Of a stretch of DNA of 58,030 bases, positions 39,047 through 50,147 are shown in pieces. The stretch is from Harriotta raleighana (taxonomy: Eukaryota): positions 4,398,801-4,456,830 of the forward strand of contig JBNZDD010013686.1 in assembly GCA_050575255.1 (NCBI GenBank), given 5' to 3'. A program made the translations under genes and the position numbers. Every line of letters begins with the position of its first letter. Position 1 is the stretch's first letter. The notes beneath the pieces were generated by a model that ran no database searches, had not been told where the DNA came from, and worked only from the letters and a program-made list of their open reading frames with translations.

Positions 39047-42000
39047 CGGATAAACAAGGTTTTACTCTAAATCATGTTGTAACTAGTCTTGAATTCAGAC
39101 AAGCAGACTATGAAGGAATAAGTTATTAGGGGTCTTTAGCTTGAAATTACTCAGACCTGATAGTTGTACAATAAAACCTGCGTCGTTAGCAATGCTTTGA
39201 GTGGCCTTGTCCTCGCAGACCTTAAATAGGACCTACAGCTTCCCATTACATTTGTTCATATTATACATTGGCGTTTAGTAGGTGTTAATTAACAACGGTG
39301 CTGTATTACAAAGCACTTTGGGGAATAAAGAAATTAAAGAATAAAGCAAATGGATAAATGGTGCAATTACGATAATCTGCAATAGAATTAAATCAATGAT
39401 ATGATGTGGAGCAATAACTTTTAGAATAATTACACCCTGTCTTTTTTTTATTTAAGCGACAGCTAGAATAATCATTTGGCATTAAGCTTCATGTCACGTC
39501 ATTGATGTAAATTTTGTCATGCACCCATACACTTCAGTTTCAAGTAAAAATAATGCAATAGTTTATAATATTCAGATAGTCACTGATGTTATAGTCAGAT
39601 ATGTACCCTAGAAATATCCTGGAAGACCATGAACACATTCTGCACTCTTAAATACCAGTGATTCCTTTTAATTTATCTATCATGTAAGGGGAAATTCTTC
39701 TAATTGGCTGGGATTTTACTCCAGATAATATCGGACTGTGGAGTGATAGTGTCTGATTGGAAGGTCCGTTTAATTCCTGAATTTAAACTTGTGTTTAAAA
39801 ACAGAAGGAAACATGCAATGGGGCAGGGCCATACAGCAAGGCAAGCTGTCTCTTCCATTAATCTTGTGGGATCTTCCCTGACATGGATTTTCAATCTCTG
39901 TTTCAATGACAAAAAAAGAATTGATAGCCCCCTGTCCATCTATCAGGACCTTGGGATGACCTGTCAATGTGAAATGCTCTACATAAATGCAATTTGTTGT
40001 TCTTCTTAATGTGTAAATTTGTTAGGGTTATGCTAAAACTACTGGGGGAAATTCACAAAGTTTCATGACTGTTGCTTGCAATAACTAGTGTGTATAATTT
40101 GTTCGATTTAGTCTTTAACAACATCCAAATGTTGGATAACAACAACACTAAAAACTTGCATTTATACAGTGTACCTCATGCAAGGCAGCATCCCAGAGTC
40201 CTAGATAACAATTGCTGGCAATATTTAACACCAATAATACAGTACTTATGAAACATTGCAAATTACACCACAGCCTGAAACATATTTAACAACAACAAAA
40301 TTACATTTGTATAGCGCTTTCACGTCAGGAGGATGTCCCAATTTAAGCAATAATTTCTCAAACCATATGAAGTTTGTCAAATTTTTTAAAAAGGCCCAAA
40401 TGAATGAATAAAATGAAATAATGCAGTTTCTTCAATGTTAATTTTTCTTCACCCTGTAGTAACAGAAAATGAAATCTGTAAAAACAATAAACTAGATTAT
40501 TTGTTTTGTTTGTCCCCAAATTCCTTAGGAAAAGTAGAATGGCATGCAAATTGGGGAGTCATTATTTATATATCAGCAGAGATTGAATCCTTATCTGCCA
40601 TGATGAGAGTAATAAGATATTTTTAATATAAAAGAAAATGTAAACTTTATCTTCCTTTTCTGTGCCTTCCTGATCACCACATACTGATCAAATGCACTTG
40701 GAAAGTTGGACAATGGAAATCTTGTTCCTGTTGGTTCTCTGGAGATAGATCTCTGAATGCTAACCACCATCTAATATCTCATACCTTTGATGGTAGCATT
40801 CATAGTTGCTCTTCTTTGATACTCATGGCTTTGCTTATATGTATATTTTCAATAAAACTTCCATTACTAATGGAAATACCATTACTAAATACCATTATTT
40901 AGGTAATACCATTACTAGAGAAGCTCTCTCTTATCCCAACAATGTATTTTACGTTCAGCAACTTTCGAGCTTCTCCTACAAAATGTAAGTAACTGTGCTC
41001 TATAATACATCTTATGAAGCTCTTTGATATGGTCATTCAATGTAAAATAATAAATAATAATCCTTGCATTTGATTATAGCGCTTTTCACATCTTATCAAC
41101 GTCTCAAAGTGCTTCACAGAATATACTGTAAAGTGAATTGATTGTATATTTGTGGATGAAAGATGATGTATGAATGCAAGAATTTTTATTAACTTCCTTA
41201 TAAAACTCAAATCTTCACAAGACATGTGAGATACTAGCTGGTGGATTTCCTGACAGTGTTGTGTTTTGATGGGATAAAAGTAAAGGCTTGACATTGTATG
41301 TTTTTTGTGATTTGGGTGTCTGACATCCGCAGAAACCCATCAGCAAACCAAATTGAGAGTTTCATGTGTAGGTGGGACACACCCTCAAATAGACACACTC
41401 TATTTGATCGGGATATTCTTAAGCACGGTGATGGGTTTCTACATGTACCAAACACCTGGCTGATCAACAAAAATCCAATCTGCGATCACTTTTAGTTTTC
41501 TTCATATATGAGATAGTTTTAATCATTTCTGAAGAAGAAAAGAAAATGGAAGCATGTGAAAGCGTCTAATAATTGTAGCTGTTCAAAATTGGAATTCAAC
41601 CAGATTGAAAGAGATACATTTTCTTTTCTTCGTTGAACAAAGCAACGCAGTCACTTTGTCCACCTTGTCCAGGGGAACATTATTTTCAGCTAAAATAAAT
41701 TAAATCAGGCTGCAATCAAGAACCCAATATCAGCAAGCTTTTGTGATTGCCAAAATATGAAGTGATCTCCCAGATGATGGATTATGTGTTCAGTAAATTA
41801 TTTTTCAATCTAATCGCACAATCGTGTGTTGGTACTTCATTTGACTTTGACCATTATCTGCCTTTCACTAAATGAAACCTTCTTCTAGTTCGGAGGGTGA
41901 GGTGTGAGAAAATAATTCAGAAACTATCTTGAATATATATCACCAAACCGAAGCAACCGAAGTTGAAATTATGTAAAGATGATCTCTAAGATTTTTAGCT

Positions 42001-42641
42001 GATATTAAAAGAATCAGAAGAAATCTGAAGATCGATGAGCAATAATGATGAGTAATAATAATAATCCCTCAAAAAAAACCACAATAATAAAATTGGTCAT
42101 TTCAATCCATGACTGTTTGTGGGGACGCTGCTGTGCGCAATTGGCTGCCACATTCCGCCCAGAAATATACAGTCAATTCACTTTACAGTATATTCTGTGA
42201 AGCGCTTTGGGACGTTGATAAGATGTGAAAAGCGCTACATCAAATGCAAGGATTATTATTATATATTATGAGGAGAGTTGCGTTACAGTAGATTATTCAC
42301 ACGAGTGTGTTGTACATATCGAGTATATGGGTACAACAAATTGATGGTTCATGGTGTCTCTGTATGCATTAGTATTATATTGGGGCACTACTGTGCGCAT
42401 TTGGCTGCTGCATTTATTTCACAAATATACAGTAAATTCACTTTACCAAATAATCTGTGAAGATCTTTGAGAGGTCTAGAAGACGTCCAGTCTTTCTTTG
42501 CTCAGCAATTTGACTTGGAAACATGTGTGAACATCAACTGAGCTCTTCAACCCAAAACCTGTCAGGCAGAATGTTCCAGGCTAGGCAAGTTTTTTTTAAT
42601 TTTACCAGTGCTTCTTTATGCGCTTTTAGATGAATGGAAGA
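39047..42641 (+). repeat. 3.6-kb tandem duplication, copy 2 (probable second haplotype)
   Basis: Begins right after the single N at 39046. Confidence 0.97.
42053..42262 (+). mobile_element. SINE, duplicate of 38455-38664
   Basis: Same sequence at offset 3598. Confidence 0.92.
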
Positions 42642-42745
42642 CGTGAAAAGNAAAAAAAATTTACCAGTGCTTCTTTATGCGCTTTTAGATGAATGGAAGA
42701 CGTGAAAAGCGGTATATCAAATGCAAGGATTATTATCATTATTAT
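42487..42745 (+). mobile_element. unnamed retroelement 3' end sharing the SINE tail (includes a ~58-bp N-joined duplicate at 42652-42709)
   Basis: ~150-bp body homologous to the reverse complement of 44745-44870, followed by GTGAAAAGCGGTATATCAAATGCAAGGATTATT. Confidence 0.75.
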
Positions 42746-44682
42746 GAGAGTGAAGAAATCTAAGTGTTTTAATATAATAACATGATATAACTGAAATATT
42801 GCTCCAATAATTGACTTAAAGCCTTCCAATGTTCACTTGCAAAGAATAGCTATTTGAACTGTTTGCCAGAGGCTAGTCAGTGCTCTTGGAACAAAACCAA
42901 AGCAAGCTTTATCATTTCCAGGAGAAAGAGGAAGAACACTGGTAAAGGGGAAGCAAGAATACAAAGAGGAAAAAAAAATGAATGTGAAGAGAAATACAAT
43001 TTAATGGCACACTGTGGCAGAAGAATCTAGATGGAAGCAAAGAGGATGGAATGAAAAAGCACAAAAAACACAACAAAGAACAAATCCAGCCAGAAATTCT
43101 GTAAAGTTGTTTTTTTGTCCTATATATTAAAAGTTCAGTCCACTTATACCAGTCAGATCCCTCCCTCTCTGGACAATACTGAGCTACAAAGAAATAGCCG
43201 CATTCATAGCACTCTCAAATTATTTACAGACCTTTCCTATAACCTGCACCTATGAAGTTAATATATTTCCCTGGTTCTGTACTTTCCTGCAATTGTTATG
43301 AATGTTCCATTTTATTCCTGCCAGTGTGATTGCAACAAACGTTAATACAGAGGAGAGCTGTTCTTCATGTAGTGCTTCATCATGTTGCATCACATAAGGA
43401 AATGCTTTGAAGTGTAATGATTTATGTTGATCTACTCTCACTCGTACAAAAAGGAAAATATTTAGCTACGATGATGAGGCACTCAATGGTTTCTCAGCTG
43501 TTTTTCTTTCATGACCACTTTTGAGGCTTCTTTGTTTACTTAACATTCTCTCGGCTTGAACATTTTCCCTGTAGTTTAGTTTCCTGTGTCTCTAACATTA
43601 GATCTTGAGATTCTAAAGTATCTGTAACAAATGCATCGTGTAATTTCTTTGCAAATCTCAAGTTGTGTTTATCCTCACTCACTGGGCTTTCCTTAGACGT
43701 TGTCAACGCTGGATTCACAAACTACGAATTTCACAAACCATTACTTGAAATTAATCTGTTCAATGAGTTGTTGAAATTAGATCCATTTCGCAATAACAAA
43801 TGTAATAAATCCAGCACGGATTATATTGCGTTTGTGCTGGTGTTAGTCGATGTGTAATATTCGCTTTTAAGTATGTTGGGGAAATAGGATTCAATACACC
43901 ATACAAGAGCTCATGTTGTTGTGTATCTCTCTCTCCCGCAATTGACAATTTGACGGCACCAATGTGGAAGCTACCCCAGGCTAAGTTCCAAGAAGAAACA
44001 ATAGGTGAGTGATTAGCAAAGCACAATAAATACAAAGTAAAGTGGACCAAAGAACGAGTTAGAAACCACTGATTCAATAGGTTATGTCACGCACTGAAAG
44101 AGCAAATTGTCCTGCTTTGCTTTCTGAATGTCTTCTGAACCTCAGATAGAAATAAAATGCTGCCTTGCCATGGTTGCTATATTTTAATGACCGTTCAGGT
44201 TTTCAGCATTTCAAGATGGCTTTTTGATGTCTGCAATCAGAAAAGGGTGAATGCTGTTTGAAAAGAACATGGTGGTGTAACAACTAATGTTTTTTTTTAA
44301 CTTGTAACTGTATCGTCTGATGGAAATATCTAGTCAGTGGATTACTTGGGAGCAACACATTCAGGCCTATGTCCGCTGAAGGTCTACTTGTGATCCATAC
44401 CCATGTCATTCTGTTCTGGAATTCCCGATGATAGAAACTTGAAGGTTTGTGGCAAAGGTTGAACTGGAGAAATTAAGCAAAGTTATGAGAAAATAATATT
44501 CAGAAAATGTGCATGAGGGATATCCACATGGGTCGAAACAACAACATGAATTCACAAATAGCCGGGGGCTCTTGTTATATAAAGTTTTCTAAAGTGTCCT
44601 GCAGCACCAGACTGCTGAAAACCCTAATGTATTTAGTTTGTTCGTGAATTTGCCACTGTCCATACATCTGTCTGATTTATTG

Positions 44683-44870
44683 ATAATAATAATCGTTGTA
44701 TTTGATATAGCGCCTTCTCACATCGTTGAAATGTCTCAAAGCGCAAAAGAAGCTCTGATAATATTCAAAGAGTTTGTCAAGGCTGGAGAATTCTGCCTGA
44801 CCGGTTTTGGGTTCCAGGCTCATGTGATGTTCACACATATTTACAAGTCAAATTGTTGAGCCAAGAAATG
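44683..44870 (-). mobile_element. second copy of the unnamed tail-sharing retroelement
   Basis: Minus strand reads CAATTTGACTTG.AAA.ATGTGTGAACATCA...AACCCAAAACC.GTCAGGCAGAAT...GCTTCTTT, then the GCGCTTTGAGAC...GCGCTATATCAAAT...(ATT)n tail. Confidence 0.75.
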
Positions 44871-45559
44871 TTGACCATCAGCAATGTCTAGGACAAACGT
44901 GATTTGCTGTGCTTGTCACCTCACAGGCAGCTCACCCCAGACAGATCCTATTTACCTCTGTCTACCTGGTTGCACACCGCTGAATCAGAGCTGAATCTAA
45001 TTGAGAAGTTTCATGTATTTATTTGTGTGTTGCTTTAGCATTTTTAACATGCAACATAGACCATGATCATCTCTCAATTTAGGTTTAGAAATTCACTTTG
45101 TTAACAATTTGCTTCACCATCCTCTGCATCAGTAAAGACTGCCTAGAATTTTTCTGACACTAATTGCGTGTTCTAGGACTGCATATGTTGTACGTTTGCA
45201 GAGCAGCCCATAATAATGAATATAAAAAGTATCTGAATCAGTGCTAAATAGACCAAAACTGACAGTTATTGATTATTTAAGCCATTGAAGCAATAGTGGT
45301 ACAGCAGAATGTCAACTTCCCCTGGATCGGAAGGGTCGCTGAACAGATCAGAAATTCCTTCCAGGCAGTTGACTATAATCAGATAAGATAGATTGAAACA
45401 TCATCATCCACCACCATCTATTTTCATCTTAATGCTACAGTAAATCTTTCACTATGTCATCTGCAATAGAAATTTGCAGGCTGTGGGATCAGGAGATAAC
45501 TATTTTGTTGCCCATCTGAGGACATATTTTGCTGGAAGCTTTATTTCTCAGGTGTCCAA

Positions 45560-46020
45560 CCACAACAAAGTTGCACTTATATAGCATCTTTTTACGTTGT
45601 GGAGACATGTCAAGGCACTGGACAGTCTAGGGCAGTGGTTCTCAACCTTGTTTTAGTAATGTACCCCTTGTTAATTTTCAACATTATCGTGTACCCCCTA
45701 CCCAACCACACACACACACACACACCACTCCCCTCATTCCACTTGCATTTTATGACCAATCTGAAATAACAAAATAACTAGCACATACAAAAGAAGGGGA
45801 ATAACAATTAAATACACAATTTGAAAGGCTATAAAATGGTAGATAAGAGAGCTAAATAAATCAATGTACCACCACTTGTACCCCCTGGAAGTAATTTTGT
45901 ACCCCTTGGGGTACATGTAACCCTGGTCTACAGTTACAGCTTGAGCTGTGTATAGAAGCTGAGGAGTTGGATTATGGGCTGGGGAAAAAGACCAAAGGCG
46001 ATAAGAGGAGGGTTGTGAAA
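45560..46020 (-). mobile_element. L2 3' end split by a hAT MITE
   Basis: Tail at 45560-45627 (TTGCACTTATATAGC...CAAGGCACTGGACAGTC); decayed continuation after 45933 (GACCAAAGG, as at ~53195). Confidence 0.6.
45633..45925. mobile_element. hAT-Charlie-like MITE with truncated right TIR
   Basis: Left end CAGTGGTTCTCAACCTT, repeated GTACCCC, right subterminal GGGGTACATGTAACCCTG; flanks GTCTAGGG / GTCTACAG resemble the Charlie NTCTAGAN 8-bp target duplication. Confidence 0.82.
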
Positions 46021-46055
46021 TGGATGGAAGTGTTTTGTGTTTGAGTAGGCAACTT

Positions 46056-46173
46056 AATAACAATAATAATCCTTGCATTTGATGTAGCACCTTATCACAT
46101 CTTCAAGGCACGTCGAAGCGTTTCACAGAATATACTGCAATTGTGAATTGACTGCATATTTTGTGGGCAAAAC
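46056..46173 (-). mobile_element. SINE 3' fragment
   Basis: AATAATAATCCTTGCATTTGATGTAGCAC...TTCACAGAATATACTG...GTGAATTGACTG...TTGTGGGC. Confidence 0.85.
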
Positions 46174-48921
46174 TTGTGTGCAAAATGCTAACAGTGTACA
46201 TTTATAGAGATTTAAAATCCTTGAGTCCAAGTGTGCATTAACGTGTTGAAATACCTTGAGTGAAATTTTTTTTTTTTACTAGGGCATTGTCTCATCGGGT
46301 TATCTGGAGCAGAAGGAACAAATCCCATTCACCCAGTGGCATTATTTATGAACCGGGCAGACTTGTCAATCACCAGCAGTGCAGCAGATCTGCCCAGTTC
46401 AGTATTAACATCAACAACTTGCCTTTATAGCGCTCTTCATGCGGAATAGCACTTCAGAGGGTTTAATTGGGGCAGAGCTTGAGGCCGCGCCGGAGAAATC
46501 AGCAAGTTTGTGCACAGATTTTTGGTCATGTGATATTGCTCCCTTGACCGTATAACTCTGTTTTCCCTACTGTTGAATACACTGATGTGGAGTCAGTTAT
46601 ACTGGCTGCACACACCAATACCCATGGAATTGCTTCACATTATGGCAGCTTGCATGCACATCAGAACCCATGCTTCAGTGCAATGTTGTATGATTGTTTT
46701 AGGTCATATAGAGAATCGCCCTTGATTAAAGCCACTGCCACCAACAGCCCCAAGCTCAGCGATCTTACCAGTGTCATATCTTTATTTTGTTGAACCTCCA
46801 GTGATATTTTACAGTTGCCCATCGAACACTTGCCCATCTTCCCCCCCTCCCCATCCCCCTCTGCCCCCAATGGAAGCAAGCCCAATGGTCCGCAGGAAAA
46901 AGGCTTTACTCTGAGCTTAAGTGAAACCGTGACACAGTGAACACTGCTACAAGCTGCAAGAGGAAAGACAAATTCGGGATCTCGCCTCACTGAGTAGAGA
47001 GGATTTTTGGAATGAAATAGTCTCTTTGGATAACAGCGACATGCAGAAAGTAGCTTGCCTCAAATGGCGAGAGTGTTTATTTTGTCCACAGAGCACAGAA
47101 GGAGGGGACTGTGCAGAAAGCTCTGCAGTTAGTATGAAAAGTTTAATGCACTTCATATTTGTTTGCAAAGAACTATGGGGAACTATATGCTCGCACATCA
47201 TTCTCTCTGGACTTCAAAATAGACACCTACCAGAATGGAACCGAGAGCGCAATTTGATTACATGATTTCTGTCTTAAAGTGACGGATTTCGAAGAAGTAA
47301 AATGTGACAAAAATATATTGTTTTCTACTGATTGACATATCAAGGTTACAAATGGGAAGTCAACAATTGCTTTCAAGAGGATATTTTAGGAAATTAAACA
47401 AAAGTGCGGCTCAAAGATTAAGTTCTTCGCCAATCGATACGATTTGGTGTGATGCGGTGTATATTTGACATGATGTTTGGTCTGCCATTGTCAGAGGTAC
47501 AAAGTGACCACAATATGTTAGGGAAGTTGCTGGGCAGTACTTGATTGATGATTAAAACTGTCAGCCATGTCAATGCCAAATGCGCATTGCATGTGGATGG
47601 AAACAATTCAAAACCTCAGAAGATTTAGTATTAAACAGTAACATCTGGAGAAAGAGATTTCAAATGTTTTTTTTTAAGTGTGGGCATCCAACAGCTTTTA
47701 CAATTCCCAACGCACTTCAGTATAAATGTCTCCTGTTTTGCACTGACTGACTGCAGGGAGGAATGGACGCCTCAAGGAGGATTTGGTCCTGGTGGGAGTG
47801 TGACTCATGTCTCTCCCTGTGAGTGTGCATCTCTATAATTACAATGCAATCAGACATGCAGCGAGTACCACATAGGTCTGATTTAAAACAAAATGTAGCT
47901 GGCTGTTAAACTCCACATGAATTTATATGATTTGACAGTGGGAATATCATCCACATTGTTCACTGCCTGTAAGGATTATCACATCAAAAAACAGGGGATG
48001 GACAAGCAATTCTGGTGGTCAAACTATTGCATGCAATCATCTACTGAGCACAAATTCATTTTGACAAACTCGTAATTTTCAAACTAGTGAAAACACGAAC
48101 TTTATAAATGGTAAAAGAACCCGATTATTCACTGATAATCATTGATTTTTGATCACACTTTTTGGTCGATGCATCACACACTACATATTCTCTCCCCACC
48201 CCACTCACACACATCCCCCCAAAAAAGTAAAAGAAAAAATAGATTGGATGCAGAATCTTTTCATCTAGATCAGGTTTGATGCTTTTATGTAATTAATGTT
48301 TAAAATCCAGATAATGTACGATCCTGGACCAAAAAAATCTCCCCAGGAATATTGCATTCTGTTTTTTTTTTAAGGTCTGTTCATCCCATAGGCTGGTAAA
48401 TTCCACATTTAATTAGTTGTTTCCAGTGTGCAACTCAAATTCGTGTTCTGAATGTTTCATTAATGTTCATTAAATCTAGCCCTGGGGTGTTTTCACATGC
48501 ATTTTTTTTTGTTGCATATAATAACATCTGAATTGTGCAGTGAATGGCTGCAGTGCAGAAATGTGCATGACATCTTAGCATGTAATATTACACCATTGGA
48601 TAATCATTAAGCGGATTGCAAGAATGAGACTGTATATTCTATACTGTGCTATGGAGAGTTAAAGGACAACCCGATTTATACAATAAAATAATCTGTGGAC
48701 AGGGAAATTCTCTAGATATAGGGCTGAGAGGTTCCAATGAGCTGGAAGGAAGACACATTGACTAGTATAATGATCAGCCCATTAAACAGTTGGCTACAAA
48801 GGGATCAATTTCACCATTTTGCCAGACTGCATGGTTGACCCTGATAAGTTGAAGCCAATAATTATTGTAAATTGTATACTGCAGCTAGTGAGTATTGGTC
48901 CTGTATCAGGCTGAATGACTG

Positions 48922-49054
48922 AAGATCTAGCATTGGGCAAAGGAAGCATTGCTTAANTCAGGCCCAAGATCTAGCATTGGGCAAAGGAAGCATTGCTTAA
49001 TTCCGGACGTTTCTTNCTGAAGATCTAGCATTGGGCAAAGGAAGCATTGCTTAA
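48922..49054. repeat. 35-bp sequence present three times across two single-N joins (assembly bubble)
   Basis: AAGATCTAGCATTGGGCAAAGGAAGCATTGCTTAA at 48922, 48966 and 49020; N at 48957 and 49016. Confidence 0.9.
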
Positions 49055-49789
49055 TTCCGGACGTTTCTTGGCATTGAGCTCTACGAATTGTGCACAAGCT
49101 GGACAGTGTTAAAATTGTCCTATGGTGAGCAAACACAACACAAGCTGTGATGTCTGAAGTCCTAACCAAGCTTCTTGAGCCGCTAGATATAGCAGTTAAT
49201 GGGCCATTCAGAGTGGCTGTCAGCAAACTGTGGGAAACCTCCAGGTCTTCATTGCAGGTGGCAGAATGAGGAAGGCCACCATCACTGAAGCTTTACTTTA
49301 CATGAAGCTTCACTAGACTCAGCTGGGAGTGCTTCATACTGAATGTGGATGCCCAAAATGGAACAAGTTTAGCAGATAAGAAGTGAAATGCAAAATGTAC
49401 ATACAAAACCAGCATTCTGGACATTCAGCAACAGTCACTGGAAGCAAGAACCTGAAATGTAATCTTCTCAAACTGGATCCCAATTCCGACCATTAAATTG
49501 AGCAATTTGTGTTAAACTGTGAATCACAACTCTGGAAACATTCCCAGCATCTTTTGACAGCCAGTTTGGGGATTTGTCATTTCTGTTTCTGGAGTTCTAA
49601 TATTCCCCAAACTGGAAATTCTGCTTTGTAAGAATGCAATTAGACCTCAATATTGATTTTAATTTCACTCTCTCTCTCTCCCCCTCTCTCATTATTTTAC
49701 TGTTTCCCCAAACTCCCAGAGAGCAGACAATACATATAATTAGCTTCAAAAAAAGCGAATTATATTCCAAACAATTCCATTATGTTTCC

Positions 49790-50147
49790 TCTCGCTCCTC
49801 TATCCAGCAAATTCTTAGGTTCAAGACTTTGAACTTTTAGTCTAACCTGATGCTCAAATGCAGTACTGAGGGTATAGCCTGCAATGTTGGAGAAAAGTTT
49901 AAACTGCGGTTCAGTGGCATTATTAGAAAAGAGAAAGGGAGTTTCTCCTGGTGTCCTGGTCACCAATGCACCAGATAAAATGATTCATTGTCTTCATGGC
50001 TCTTTATGGGACAAGGCTGTGTGTAAGTTGGCTGCTGCTATCAACTTCAAATTTAGTCACTACAACTTAACAGTAAATCGTATGAACCATTTTGAGATGT
50101 TTCGATGATGTATTTGTAAGGCACAATATCAGATTCAAGGATGATTC
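49790..50147 (+). mobile_element. older long-form DeuSINE, decayed
   Basis: TGCAGTACTGAGGG...GGGAGTTTCTCCTGGTGTCCTGG...GCTGTGTGTAAGTTGGCTGC...TTTGAGATGT...CAAGGAT. Confidence 0.78.

Noticed and set aside
42479-42703. GAAGACGT as an 8-bp target-site duplication around a 150-bp insert
   Set aside because: The second copy at 44683-44870 shows the downstream tail belongs to the inserted element, so the repeat reflects shared tail sequence.
48922-49054. CRISPR-like array of three 35-bp repeats
   Set aside because: Units are joined by single Ns, the 'spacers' are flanking sequence or an indel allele (TCAGGCCC vs TCAGGCTGAATGACTG), the context is vertebrate and there are no cas genes.
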